A stretch of 64,000 nt of DNA from Minisyncoccota bacterium (GCA_036517395.1 DATDWN010000013.1:2191-66190); one strand, 5' to 3'. Shown: positions 28,317 to 38,933, counted from the stretch's first letter. Notes: a model not told the origin generated them from the sequence alone. Program-made: numbers and translations.

Positions 28317-30381
28317 AAAAGTTGCTTTGATGAGTTACGCTATGGATAATCGTATAGCAAAAGGCACTGCTTTGTATACGCGTAAACTACTGGAGGGTCT
28401 TTTGGAAGATGATAGTTTTGAGTTCTATTTAGTTCATTATGAAAAGACGAATGACCCGCTTTATACGAAAGCCCATGAAATCATAATGCCAAAAGTCAGG
28501 CTTCCTTATGCTTCAAAATTTGTGTCACAACTTCTGTTTTTCTGGAAGTACAGAAATGATGGCTTTGACATCATACATTGGTTTCAGCCCAGACTTTACC
28601 CGTTTTATTCATTTGCACCGGCAAAAAAAATAATCGTTACCATGCATGGCGCGGGGGACATAACCGCTCCAACAGCCTTTGTTTTTTCCCGTTTCGTTTT
28701 TAATCTTGTCTTGAAGTATTTTCATAGACAAGTGACCGTCGCTATTGTGGACTCGGAATCCGCCAAATCTGAAGTGGTAAAGCATTACGGTTTTTATCCA
28801 AACAATGTGAAAAGCATTTATTTGGGCGGGGGCGAAAACTACGTTCCAATGGCAAAAGATGAGGCACGAGAAATCGTTTCTCATAAGTATAAAATTCAGG
28901 GATCCTACGTACTCAATATCTCCAGACTTCAACCTCATAAAAATGTTTGCAGATTGATAGAGGCCTATAGTCTTCTGAGAAAAAACAATAAAGATATAAA
29001 AGAAAAGCTTGTCATCGTGGGAAAACCAGTCAATTCTCATCCTGAAGAATATAAAACAGCCAAAGCCTCACAATTTTCAAATGATATTCTGTTTATTGAC
29101 TATGTTGATTCGGAGGATTTGAACGCTGTTTATTCGGCTGCCGAAGTTTTTGTCTTTCCTTCTCTTTCCGAGGGTTTTGGCCTTCCGGTTTTAGAAGCCA
29201 TGGCTAGTGGAGCGCCGGTTGTTACATCAAATATAGATTCAATGCCGGAAATAGGCGGGGATGCGGTAATCACGACTGACCCCTATGATATTTTGGCCTT
29301 ATCTGTATCTATGAAAAAAGTTTTGGACGACTCCAGTCTTAAAGAAAAAATGATAGAATCAGGTCTAGAGCGGACAAAACACTTTAGCTGGAAAAAAATG
29401 GCAGAAGAGACCAAAGATTTATACAAGCAGGATTATTCTAGGTGTTATTTTTGCGAATCGTTTTCAGATGCTCCCATTATTGAAACTCATGTAAGTGACG
29501 CAGTCGAATACTCACTTCACCATTGTCAAAAGTGTGGGGTGGAGTATTGGACTCCTTTCAAAAATCCCGGAGCAGAGTGGTATGAAAAAGATTTACGTTA
29601 TGCAAGTAGAAATATTGATCCGGAAATAGAACCGAACTGGCATCAAAAGAAAACAATTAATTTTCTTGGCCCAAGGATGGGCAGACTTCTTGACGTGGCT
29701 TGTGGCGCTGGAACATTTCTCTACTGGGCCAGAAAAAAAGGTTGGGGTGTTTCTGGGATAGATTTTGATAGAGACGCCATCCGCACCGCCAAAGAAGTAT
29801 TTAAACTTGATAATGTCTATGACGTCGATTTAACCCAATACATAAAAGATCATCCAGAATCCAAGTTTGATTTGGTTTCACTCTTTGATATTTTCGAGCA
29901 CATAGATAATCACAAAGAATTTCTGCGTGAAGTCGGTGCTGTGCTTTTGCCAAAGGGCTATATAGCCATAAGTTCGCCATACCGATATGGGGCAAGATGG
30001 CTAATGGGAGATGATTTTCCTCCTCGACATTTGACTAGATGGGATCGTAGATCGATTACAAGATATTTGGATGAGCAAGGGTTTAAAGTGGTTTATATAA
30101 AAAGAATGTCCGAGGGGGTCGGTTTTTTGGTTACCAAACTACGTCGAAAATATGGTAAGTATTTTTCTATGAACCTTATAGGAAAAATGAAAAGCAAAGC
30201 TCGAAAGGAAGGCAAGATTGACCTAGATAGTCCAGAGGAAAAAAATATTTCAAGAGTGCACAAATTGGCTCGGGTTAAGGACTGGCTCGTATTCGGGCTT
30301 CCAGCGGTGTTTCTCTGGCTTGGTTTATTTTTTAGTCAAAAATGCTATATTACTCTTTTCGTCATAGCTCAAAAGAAATGA
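28273..30381 (+). CDS. GT4 glycosyltransferase fused to a class I methyltransferase
   Basis: PSLSEGFGLPVLEAMASG, then CYFC...CQKC, LLDVACGAG and FEHI. Confidence 0.88.
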   Translation: MFQNTKNHDKVGVRIKVALMSYAMDNRIAKGTALYTRKLLEGLLEDDSFEFYLVHYEKTNDPLYTKAHEIIMPKVRLPYASKFVSQLLFFWKYRNDGFDIIHWFQPRLYPFYSFAPAKKIIVTMHGAGDITAPTAFVFSRFVFNLVLKYFHRQVTVAIVDSESAKSEVVKHYGFYPNNVKSIYLGGGENYVPMAKDEAREIVSHKYKIQGSYVLNISRLQPHKNVCRLIEAYSLLRKNNKDIKEKLVIVGKPVNSHPEEYKTAKASQFSNDILFIDYVDSEDLNAVYSAAEVFVFPSLSEGFGLPVLEAMASGAPVVTSNIDSMPEIGGDAVITTDPYDILALSVSMKKVLDDSSLKEKMIESGLERTKHFSWKKMAEETKDLYKQDYSRCYFCESFSDAPIIETHVSDAVEYSLHHCQKCGVEYWTPFKNPGAEWYEKDLRYASRNIDPEIEPNWHQKKTINFLGPRMGRLLDVACGAGTFLYWARKKGWGVSGIDFDRDAIRTAKEVFKLDNVYDVDLTQYIKDHPESKFDLVSLFDIFEHIDNHKEFLREVGAVLLPKGYIAISSPYRYGARWLMGDDFPPRHLTRWDRRSITRYLDEQGFKVVYIKRMSEGVGFLVTKLRRKYGKYFSMNLIGKMKSKARKEGKIDLDSPEEKNISRVHKLARVKDWLVFGLPAVFLWLGLFFSQKCYITLFVIAQKK

Positions 30382-30387
30382 AAATAA

Positions 30388-30525
30388 ATCTGCATACCAA
30401 TTTTGCCATTGTTCTGATTTTTCAAAAAGAAATATATAAGTTAATCGATATACTGCTATGAAATTAAATTAAAGATAAATTATGAAAGAAGAACAAAAAA
30501 TCGATGGCAAATTTGGTGTGCGGAT
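30388..30525. mobile_element. MITE-like inverted-repeat element, copy 4 (138 bp)
   Basis: ATCTGCATACCAATTTTGCCAT / ATGGCAAATTTGGTGTGCGGAT, with TAAA duplication. Confidence 0.75.
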
Positions 30526-31645
30526 AAAGTATATTACAAATGTTCGAATTCCCACTGGACGAGCTCATGGTTACGCTATTATGAAGATGTGTTCTGAGTT
30601 TGCCAAGGCGGGTGTAGATGTGGAGATGTTTGTTCCAAGCAAGGGTAATAATGAAAATAAAAAAGATCCGTTTGAATTCTATGGTTTGGAAAGAAACTTC
30701 AAAATAAACAAAGTGAAGAGTTTTGATTTGTTGGGTAGAACACTTAAGTTTGGAAGATTGTTTTATTGGTTGGATATCGTCTCTTTTCTTCTGGCCCTTA
30801 AATTCAAATTGAGATTCGATTCTGGAGATATCATTTATACACGAGATTTTCTAATTTCTTTATTTTTGCCAAAGGCGGCATTGGTGGTTTTGGAGTTGCA
30901 TCACATTCCATTAAATCTTTTCTTATTCAGTAGAGCCCTAAAAAATGTTGCTTTGTTGGTAGTCCTAAACAGCTATTTAAAAGAGGATTTAATCAAGCTG
31001 GGAGTCAGCCCTACAAAGATCTTTGTCTCACCGAGCGGTGTTGATTTGCAAGACTTCGTTCCCAACAAGGCTCAAGACGAAGCCAAAAAACAACTAAACC
31101 TTTCTCAGTATAAAAAAATAGTTTTGTATATAGGGCAATTTTATCCATGGAAAGGGGTTGATACTCTGGCAGATTCTGCGCGGTTACTACCAGATAAATC
31201 TTTCATATTTGCTGGAGGTGTTGAACCGGAACTCAGTAAGTTCATTGGGAAATACGCTCAAACGGAAAATATTATTATAACTTCATTTGTAAATCGCTCT
31301 CTTGTTTCTATGTATATGGCTTCGGCCGATGTTTTGGTTATACCCAACTCCGCCAAAGAAAAAATCTCTTCACACTACACGTCCCCCATGAAGCTTTTTG
31401 AGTATATGGCAGCCAAAAAACCGATCATAGCTTCAGACCTGCCTTCAATCAGGGAAATATTAACCGAAAATGAATGTGTCTTTGCTGAGCCGGATAATCC
31501 AGAATCTTTCGCTAAAGCTATAGAGAAAGTCCTAAACGACGAAGACTTGGCCCTGAGGATTGCCACCAATGCCTTCAATAAAGTAGGAGAGTACGCTTGG
31601 GACAAAAAAGCAAAAAATATATTAAATCAAATCTCTAGTCTATAA
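30482..31645 (+). CDS. Glycosyltransferase family 4
   Basis: Motifs RIPTGRAHG and TSPMKLFEYMAAKKP. Confidence 0.92.
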   Translation: MKEEQKIDGKFGVRIKYITNVRIPTGRAHGYAIMKMCSEFAKAGVDVEMFVPSKGNNENKKDPFEFYGLERNFKINKVKSFDLLGRTLKFGRLFYWLDIVSFLLALKFKLRFDSGDIIYTRDFLISLFLPKAALVVLELHHIPLNLFLFSRALKNVALLVVLNSYLKEDLIKLGVSPTKIFVSPSGVDLQDFVPNKAQDEAKKQLNLSQYKKIVLYIGQFYPWKGVDTLADSARLLPDKSFIFAGGVEPELSKFIGKYAQTENIIITSFVNRSLVSMYMASADVLVIPNSAKEKISSHYTSPMKLFEYMAAKKPIIASDLPSIREILTENECVFAEPDNPESFAKAIEKVLNDEDLALRIATNAFNKVGEYAWDKKAKNILNQISSL

Positions 31646-31657
31646 AAAGAATAAAAA

Positions 31658-32965
31658 ATGATTTTTTCTGATACAAAAGAAAGTTATAACGCGGAAGCAA
31701 GGCGAATCCTGGATCTGTTGAAAAGGGATTTTCGACTTCCTGATGGCGCTCTTTGTCTCGAGAAAGTGGGGGATCAAACCTCTCCACACCATATCTTTCC
31801 CGACCTCGGCGATTTCTTGCCATTTTTTCTTTATTTTGGCGAAGAATCGTTTATTGATGAGCAGATAAGTTTATTTAAGAAAACTTTGATGGATGGAGTT
31901 TTAATTTCTGAGTTTCCATCTTTTGGATTTTCAAGTTTGGCCAAATCTTATGAGTATTCGGACCTGCTTTTTGGTCTGTTTGATTACAATTCTTTCAAAA
32001 ATAATTCCGAGAGTACGGAACTACTATTGAAATCCGCGAAAACGGCTATAAAAATATTTCGCTTTGATGGCAGGATAAAATCTTTTTGGTTTTCAAAACT
32101 TAAAATTGGTTTGCCCATAATGGACACGCGTGATGGAACTTTTGTAGAGTTTTATGTTGATATGTATAAAGTGACAGGAGATGAACGGTATATACAAGTT
32201 GCCCATAACATCTATGACAATTTGATTAGCTCCTCTTTTTATAAACAAAACAGATTATTTGCTACGTTTGATGGGCCGATTTGGGTTCGTTTCTTATTTT
32301 TAATATTGAAAATAAGAAAACACATGGAAGCAAATATCTGTAAAAATAACACAAACAGTCTTTTTGGCATGTTTTCTCTGTATTCATTGACCAAAGATAA
32401 AAAAATTCTCCAAACTATTGAGCAAACTGTAGATTCAATAAAAGAAAAGGCTATAGTCGGTGGGGGAGTTTCGGGAGTTTATTCCAAAGTAAACTCGACC
32501 AGCGTCGCTTCTCTCACTGCCTCTTTTGCCATGATAGATTTTCTGTGTGATTTGTATAATGAAGTCGGTCAGAATAAATATTTAGAATTAGCCGAAGGGA
32601 TTGCAAACTATTGGATTGAGCTTCAGGGGACAACAGGGCTGTTTCCTTTTTCAGGCTCTGTCAAAGATTCCTTTTTTGATTCCGAAACCGATATGACCGT
32701 GGCTTTGCTCAAGCTTTATGAGTTAACTTCAAAAGTCGAGTACAAAGAAGCGGCAGATAAATGTTTCAATGGTATAATGCAGTACCATTCGACTCGCGAT
32801 TTCGTACTGGCGGTAAATATAGACACGGGTGAAGTGATAAATACCGCCCAAAGAACAAAGTTCCTAGCTCTTTTCTTGAAGCTTTTGATTTTGAAAATCG
32901 AAATTCTGGATGGAAAGAAAATATACGAAGATAAAAGGCTTTGGAGTTTGTTAAAAGATAGATAA
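31658..32965 (+). CDS. Putative (alpha/alpha)6 toroid protein (six-hairpin glycosidase / epimerase-like)
   Basis: Repeated helix-hairpin signatures: MYKVTGDERYIQVA, LYSLTKDKKIL, LYNEVGQNKYLELA and LYELTSKVEYKEAA. Confidence 0.6.
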   Translation: MIFSDTKESYNAEARRILDLLKRDFRLPDGALCLEKVGDQTSPHHIFPDLGDFLPFFLYFGEESFIDEQISLFKKTLMDGVLISEFPSFGFSSLAKSYEYSDLLFGLFDYNSFKNNSESTELLLKSAKTAIKIFRFDGRIKSFWFSKLKIGLPIMDTRDGTFVEFYVDMYKVTGDERYIQVAHNIYDNLISSSFYKQNRLFATFDGPIWVRFLFLILKIRKHMEANICKNNTNSLFGMFSLYSLTKDKKILQTIEQTVDSIKEKAIVGGGVSGVYSKVNSTSVASLTASFAMIDFLCDLYNEVGQNKYLELAEGIANYWIELQGTTGLFPFSGSVKDSFFDSETDMTVALLKLYELTSKVEYKEAADKCFNGIMQYHSTRDFVLAVNIDTGEVINTAQRTKFLALFLKLLILKIEILDGKKIYEDKRLWSLLKDR

Positions 32966-32966
32966 A

Positions 32967-34199
32967 ATGGAACTAATAGAAGTATTTAAAAAAAGAAGAA
33001 GCATCAGGGATTACTTGAAAACCCCTGTTCCAAGGGAAATGATTTTGGATCTTTTGGATTCTTCCACACATGCCCCTGTTTCTTGTAATCTGCAATTAAC
33101 ACAATATATTATAGTTGATGACCCAGATTTGCTTTCTAGACTAGCCAAAGAAGTAAGCTATAAATTTAACTATACGCCTTGTTTTATTGTCGTTTTGCAA
33201 GATACGCGGTTTACCGTTGAAAGACTGGCAGGAATTATGAGCGCTGGAATGGCGGTGGAAAATATTCTCCTCCGAGCGGTGGATTTGGGCCTCTCCACTT
33301 GCGCTATGGCCGGTTTTACTCGAGATAATAAAATGAGAAAAATATTATCAATACCGTCTCACATGGATATAATGCTTATAATATGCATTGGCTATCAAAG
33401 TGATAGAGATATATCTTCGGTGCCAAAAATTCCCCTAGAAAAAAGATATTCAATAAACACATATGGCAATCTAACCACTCTAAACGAATCAGCAAATCTA
33501 TCTGACCACAGCATCCAAGACATAATAGAGTATAGGAGCAGAATCGCTCCGGTCTACCTCGATCGTTTTAGATTGAACAGTTACAACAATATTTATTATG
33601 AAGAAGTTTTTGATTTTTTCTCCAAAAGTATTCTCTCTATAGCAAAAGGACTGACCATACTTGATCTCATAAGTTACGATGGGGTGTTTTTGAAGTTATT
33701 GTGTGAAAACAATATAAATAACCATCACAAAATAATCTCCTCTGACTATTTGGAAAACAACTTAAGATTTTTTAAGGATAAGTTTAAGATTGAAAGGCTT
33801 CAAATCAATAATCAAAATGAGCTTGCTGGGGAGAAAAATTCTTTTGATGTTGTATCTTTTGTATTTCAAGCTTCTTTTACTCCAAACTTAGAAGTTTTAA
33901 TTGAAAACTCTTCAAACGCATTAAAGTCTGGTGGCACGTTCTTTATTACTTCTGTTCACGAGTCCCTCTATAGAAAATTTGGCCGAAGTATTAAAAATTT
34001 ATATAAGAAAGTAATTCTGCGTAAGACAATAAATATATACGAAAATAACCCTTTTTATAAAATAGGACCAAATAGCGGTCTTTCGAGAAAAGATATCATC
34101 GAGTTATGCCAAAAACATCATTTATCTTTGGCCAAAAACTTGCACATTAAAAAGTCTAATGGAGTAACAATAGGTATGTATGTGTTCAAGAAACATTAG
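32967..34199 (+). CDS. Nitroreductase-family domain fused to a degenerate methyltransferase-like domain
   Basis: N-terminal RRSIRDY, APVSCNLQ and ENILLRAVDLGLSTC; C-terminal ILDL, FDVV and ALKSGG. Confidence 0.75.
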   Translation: MELIEVFKKRRSIRDYLKTPVPREMILDLLDSSTHAPVSCNLQLTQYIIVDDPDLLSRLAKEVSYKFNYTPCFIVVLQDTRFTVERLAGIMSAGMAVENILLRAVDLGLSTCAMAGFTRDNKMRKILSIPSHMDIMLIICIGYQSDRDISSVPKIPLEKRYSINTYGNLTTLNESANLSDHSIQDIIEYRSRIAPVYLDRFRLNSYNNIYYEEVFDFFSKSILSIAKGLTILDLISYDGVFLKLLCENNINNHHKIISSDYLENNLRFFKDKFKIERLQINNQNELAGEKNSFDVVSFVFQASFTPNLEVLIENSSNALKSGGTFFITSVHESLYRKFGRSIKNLYKKVILRKTINIYENNPFYKIGPNSGLSRKDIIELCQKHHLSLAKNLHIKKSNGVTIGMYVFKKH

Positions 34200-34215
34200 C
34201 TTTATCAAATAAAAG

Positions 34216-35469
34216 CTAGTTTTTTCTCGAAATGATTTTTGCGCCAACGCTGAGAAAAACAAGACGATTTATAAGTCGAGCAATAACTGCTCCCCAAAGA
34301 CCCCAAATATATATAAATGGCAAAAGGATTATTATTCCTATTACATTGCCGTAGAGATTGTATTTGTAAACTCCCACTCTATCCTTCTGGGATTCCAATA
34401 TAGTGGCGATAAAGCCCGCTATAATCACAGGAATCAATGACAGGGCCAACACCTGAGAGTATCTTATTGAGGCTAGATATTTTGGGAAAAACATATTGAA
34501 AAATAATGGAGCAAGTAAAATATATATAAAAACTATAACGCCGGTCACCAGGCCGAGTATTTTTACTTTAGCCCAAATGGTTTTCTTGATCTCCTCACCC
34601 GTCTTGTTTGCAAATTTTGGAAACGCCAATGAATTAATATTTTTCATTAAGCCCTTGATCTGGTCTGTCGGAGCGGTAGCCAAGGCATAAATGGCCAAAT
34701 CGGCGGCGCCGACATAGTGGAAGACCAATATCTTATCGAGTTCTCCCATTATTAAGGTCATTATATAAATGCCGCTGAGGTTTTTGCCGTACTTAATCGC
34801 TTCCGGATCAACGTTGTCATTATCCACATAGACCTTTTTTGTCCTGTGCAGAAAAAATATATTAGGAAGAGTAATAGATACAAAATAGGTCAAAATTATT
34901 AGATATAGATTTTTAGTTAAATAAATTACTGCAATTATTGATACTAAAGCGATACATTTTTTTATAATATTGTATCTGGTTTGAACTCCAAATAGTTGTT
35001 TACCAGCAAGAAATGAGTCATACATGTCGAAGCTTTCGGTGAAAGGGACAAACACCGCTGCCACAGAAAAGGAGATGGCTAGTAGCATATTACCCTGCAT
35101 AAAATAATACAGAGCAATACCAAAAGAGGTCAAAGTTCCAAGAGCACCCCATTTAATTTTTGTTCTCACTCCCACATTGAGAGTTCCATCAAAGCCACGT
35201 GCCACTGATTGAGTAATGGCTGAATCCATACCGGAAAGTGTGCTAATAAGAACCAGGGAATTGATCGAAAGAATGAATTTGTAGACTCCGAATATTTCGG
35301 GGGCCAAGAGGTTGGCAAAAGCCACAGAGGCCAGAAAGGCTGATCCTGTAGCCACGAACTGTCCCAGAAGAAGCCAAAACCCGCCCTTGGCGAGATAGGT
35401 CATGTCGGTTTTGGTATGGCCCTCAAGCCATTTTAAGACCTTTAAAACGGCATTTTTTAGCCAGTTCAT
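34216..35469 (-). CDS. Wzx-type oligosaccharide flippase
   Basis: About 12 TM segments with motifs DKILV..GAADLAIYALA and WGLWGAVIA. Confidence 0.85.
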   Translation of the reverse strand: MNWLKNAVLKVLKWLEGHTKTDMTYLAKGGFWLLLGQFVATGSAFLASVAFANLLAPEIFGVYKFILSINSLVLISTLSGMDSAITQSVARGFDGTLNVGVRTKIKWGALGTLTSFGIALYYFMQGNMLLAISFSVAAVFVPFTESFDMYDSFLAGKQLFGVQTRYNIIKKCIALVSIIAVIYLTKNLYLIILTYFVSITLPNIFFLHRTKKVYVDNDNVDPEAIKYGKNLSGIYIMTLIMGELDKILVFHYVGAADLAIYALATAPTDQIKGLMKNINSLAFPKFANKTGEEIKKTIWAKVKILGLVTGVIVFIYILLAPLFFNMFFPKYLASIRYSQVLALSLIPVIIAGFIATILESQKDRVGVYKYNLYGNVIGIIILLPFIYIWGLWGAVIARLINRLVFLSVGAKIISRKN

Positions 35470-35561
35470 AGTTTCATAATATTACTTTATTTTAGACTTT
35501 CTTACTAGCATCCATTTTACTGATTTGTTATACTACATCCGCACACTAACTCTTATTAAAC

Positions 35562-37799
35562 ATGCAAAATACAAAAAATATTATCAAATACCTGATTCTG
35601 GGTGGCATATTTATCACTCCATTTATCGCTTTTATCGTTCCGCAGGGTATGTTCTTTCCGTTTATCACTGGCAAGGGTTTTGTCTTCAGGATTTTGGTTG
35701 AAATCATATTTGGTCTCTACGTTGTCTTGGCTTTTATGGACAGGGGATACAGGCCAAAACTTTCTTGGATTACAAAATCAGTTTTGATTTTCACTCTGGC
35801 TATACTCGTCGCTGATCTTCTCGGTGTCAGTCCATATAAAAGTATTTGGAGCAACTATGAGCGCATGGAGGGTTTTGTGCTCCTTATTCATTTGGTTATG
35901 TTTTATATTGTTCTGTCTTCCGTATTCAAAACAAAAGAAAAATGGCATCAGCTTTGGAACACATCAATAATCGCCAGCGTCATAATGTCCGTCTATGCTC
36001 TTTTCCAGTTGGCCGGTAAAATTGCTATTAACCAAGGAGGTGTTCGAGTGGATGCCACTTTTGGTAACTCATCATACCTTGCTATCTATTTGGTTTTCCA
36101 TATTTTTCTCTGTATATACATGATGGTTCAAGAGACTAAAGAGAAATGGTATAAATGGGTGTACGGTTCTATCACTGTTCTGGAAATCATAATACTGTAT
36201 TACACCGCTACCCGTGGCGCCATACTGGGTCTCATCGGTGGACTTTTGTTGACTGGTATTCTTTTAGTTTTTACATCTGCCGAAGGCTCTGACGGCAAGG
36301 CGCAAGCTACGACAGGAGGCGAAGCCGAAAATAAAAGTTTGCGTAAGACCGGGTTTTGGTTTTCTGGAGTTGTTGTTGCTCTGGTCTTGGGTTTTATTCT
36401 TTTCCACAACAGTTCGTTTGTTAAAAAAAGTCCGGTCTTATCTCGCTTCTCGACTTTGGGCATCTCCGAATTTCAAACTCAGGGAAGATATTTCGTTTGG
36501 CCGATGGCCGTTAAAGGGGTAGCTGAGCGACCAATATTTGGTTGGGGACAAGAGAATTTTAACTTCGTATTTAATAAAAACTATAACCCAGGAATGTTCG
36601 GTCAGGAGGAGTGGTTCGACAGAACCCACGATTTGGTTCTGGACTGGCTTATCGCTGGGGGCGTAGTCGGTCTCCTGACCTATCTCGGTATACTGGTCTT
36701 CTTGTTTTATTATATTTGGCGAAGGCAAAGTGTGCTTAAACTTGCCGAAAAAAGTATTCTAACTGGCATGATTTTTGCTTACATCTTTCATAATATATTC
36801 GTTTTTGATAACCTCATAAGTTACATCATTTTCTTCTCTCTTTTATCTTATGTGCATTCTTCTAGTGTCAGCCAGACAGAAATGAGTAGCAAGTTTTACG
36901 ACAAAGTTTTTTCTGCTGAAGTCACAAGCTATATCGTAGTTCCAATAGTCGGTGTTTTGTCTCTTGGTATGATTTATTTTGTAAACGTTCCAGCCCTTTT
37001 AGCCAACAGAACACTAATACAGGCTATAACCCCGCAAAAAGAGGGTGGTGTTGAAAAAAATCTTGCGTTATTCAAACAGGTCTTCGATTACAATTCGTTT
37101 GGTTCGAGTGAAATTCTGGAACAACTTGTTCAAATAACCGAACAAGTTTACGCCACGCCTCAAGGACAAATACCAGACAACATCAAGCAGCAGTTTTTTG
37201 ATTTTACAAAACTGAAACTTGAGGAAAAAGTGAAGCAATCACCTCATGACGCTAGGTATCTGGTTTTCGCCGGCTCCTTCTTTAACCGTTTCGGACAATA
37301 TGATGAGGCTATCAAATACCTCGATCGTGCCCTGACAGAGTCGCCAAACAAACAATCTATCTATTTTGAACTCGGTTCATCTTATTTAGGCAAGGGAGAC
37401 AAGACAAAAATGTTTGAGTTGTTCAAGACAGCCTATGAATTGAAACCGACCGAACTTGAGTCACAAGTTGTCTATACCATAGGGGCCATTTATACAAACA
37501 ACGCCGCAGTTCTAAACGAAATGTCCCCCAAAATACCCCAGGAGACGATTATCTATGACAACCGGTTTGTGCAGACTTACAGTAACATAGGCGATTGGAA
37601 TAGTGTCATTGCGATTCTAAATGTTCGTCTACAAAAAGATCCGAAAAATTTGCAGAATCAGTACACTTTGGCTTCAGCATATGTAAATATTGGCCAAAAA
37701 GATAAAGCCATCAGCATAATCCGCGCCATGATAGCACAGGAGCCAAGCTTCAAAGATCAGGGAGAAGCTTATATAAAGCAAATACAAACAGGAAAATAA
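35562..37799 (+). CDS. O-antigen ligase / O-oligosaccharyltransferase family protein with C-terminal TPRs
   Basis: Motifs ATFGNSSYLA, TATRGA, RPIFGWG.ENF and DRTHD, followed by a TPR-like helical tail. Confidence 0.88.
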   Translation: MQNTKNIIKYLILGGIFITPFIAFIVPQGMFFPFITGKGFVFRILVEIIFGLYVVLAFMDRGYRPKLSWITKSVLIFTLAILVADLLGVSPYKSIWSNYERMEGFVLLIHLVMFYIVLSSVFKTKEKWHQLWNTSIIASVIMSVYALFQLAGKIAINQGGVRVDATFGNSSYLAIYLVFHIFLCIYMMVQETKEKWYKWVYGSITVLEIIILYYTATRGAILGLIGGLLLTGILLVFTSAEGSDGKAQATTGGEAENKSLRKTGFWFSGVVVALVLGFILFHNSSFVKKSPVLSRFSTLGISEFQTQGRYFVWPMAVKGVAERPIFGWGQENFNFVFNKNYNPGMFGQEEWFDRTHDLVLDWLIAGGVVGLLTYLGILVFLFYYIWRRQSVLKLAEKSILTGMIFAYIFHNIFVFDNLISYIIFFSLLSYVHSSSVSQTEMSSKFYDKVFSAEVTSYIVVPIVGVLSLGMIYFVNVPALLANRTLIQAITPQKEGGVEKNLALFKQVFDYNSFGSSEILEQLVQITEQVYATPQGQIPDNIKQQFFDFTKLKLEEKVKQSPHDARYLVFAGSFFNRFGQYDEAIKYLDRALTESPNKQSIYFELGSSYLGKGDKTKMFELFKTAYELKPTELESQVVYTIGAIYTNNAAVLNEMSPKIPQETIIYDNRFVQTYSNIGDWNSVIAILNVRLQKDPKNLQNQYTLASAYVNIGQKDKAISIIRAMIAQEPSFKDQGEAYIKQIQTGK

Positions 37800-37811
37800 T
37801 TTTGAGGCCCA

Positions 37812-37840
37812 TTGACAGAATATATAGATCAATATATAAT
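37812..37840 (+). promoter_or_regulatory. Consensus sigma70 promoter of the DGR target gene
   Basis: TTGACA-17 bp-TATAAT. Confidence 0.75.
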
Positions 37841-37905
37841 AAACCTCGGAAGGATAAAACGGGTGGCGTGCGCCATCCATGTTGTTTAACAGAAAGAGGG
37901 ACAGA

Positions 37906-38643
37906 ATGTCTTCAAAAAAGACACGACAGAACTCGACCGACAAGAAGCCGACGTTGGAGATGCTCATCGACCTCACTCGTGTTGTCATGGGCGTCCTCGC
38001 GCGACTTTCGTTCGAGAAGGTTAACGTCCTCCTCGGCAACAAGACACTTCTCAGCAAGAAGCTGGAGAAGGTCTTTGAGATCGCGGCGGATCCGTTCGCT
38101 GCCGTACGCACCGAGTGGGAGAAGTTCTACCTCGACCACTGCAACATCGTCGTCGACTTCTCGGAAGTGACGATTCCTACAAAGCCGAGCGAGGGCTCAT
38201 GGCGGCTCATCTTCGTCTCGCAGGGTCTGACCATGAACGTCATACTCGCAGTGATGCGAGCGAAGTTCAAGGCATGGGTCTATGCCGAGGACTTGGACGG
38301 CAATGTGCCTACCAATACCCGCACGAGCGTCCAGAGCTACGCCAAGTGGGTACGCGACGGTGTTGAGCCAGACGAGGAATACCTCGGCAAGACTACTCGC
38401 GACGCAGACATGACGGGAACCATCGGCATGACGCTCCTCGAGCGTCTCGTGCTTGGGGTCAAGCATTTCGTCGAGACAGGGAAGCATCTCGACATCAAAG
38501 GCTGGACCATCTGCACGGGTTCTCGTTACTCGGACGGCAGCGTGCCGTTCGTGTACTGGGGCCCGAGCACGGCCGAGGTCAAGGTGAACTGGTGCAGCGT
38601 CGGCAGCTCGAATCCGACGTGCGGTCTCCGTCAGGCAGTGTGA
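37906..38643 (+). CDS. DGR target (variable) protein, probable C-type-lectin-like fold
   Basis: The 3' end is the VR matching the TR. It has MTLLERL and a C-terminal GLR motif, is GC-rich, and has GAGG upstream of ATG 37906 (alternative ATG 37879). Confidence 0.88.
   Translation: MSSKKTRQNSTDKKPTLEMLIDLTRVVMGVLARLSFEKVNVLLGNKTLLSKKLEKVFEIAADPFAAVRTEWEKFYLDHCNIVVDFSEVTIPTKPSEGSWRLIFVSQGLTMNVILAVMRAKFKAWVYAEDLDGNVPTNTRTSVQSYAKWVRDGVEPDEEYLGKTTRDADMTGTIGMTLLERLVLGVKHFVETGKHLDIKGWTICTGSRYSDGSVPFVYWGPSTAEVKVNWCSVGSSNPTCGLRQAV
38519..38634 (+). repeat. DGR variable region (VR)
   Basis: 116 bp ungapped match to 38934-39049 with 12 mismatches, all at TR adenines. Confidence 0.97.
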
Positions 38644-38667
38644 TTTTCTCTTGTTCTCTTTTCACTT

Positions 38668-38717
38668 TTACCCTGCATTCGTGCAACCTTTTTCTTGGTT
38701 GCGCGGGTGCAGGGTAA
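38668..38717 (+). other. Hairpin downstream of VR (candidate DGR homing hairpin or terminator)
   Basis: TTACCCTGCATTCGTGCAACC / GGTTGCGCGGGTGCAGGGTAA, a 21 bp stem with three G-T pairs. Confidence 0.7.
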
Positions 38718-38933
38718 TTTCGTATACTAAACATGGCTGTTAAGCTAGTCAGTGTCTATTTTACAAAAATAATATTGATGGTAGTTTGCCAAACATAAAA
38801 CTGCTTGTGAGTGTTTATGCATAGATGATTACAAGTGTGATGATGCAACACAGTGCCTGAGACATCAGGGTATAACACAGAGACTTTGGAAACAGAGAAT
38901 CGGTGAAATGGAAGAATGCTCACAAAAAAGACT

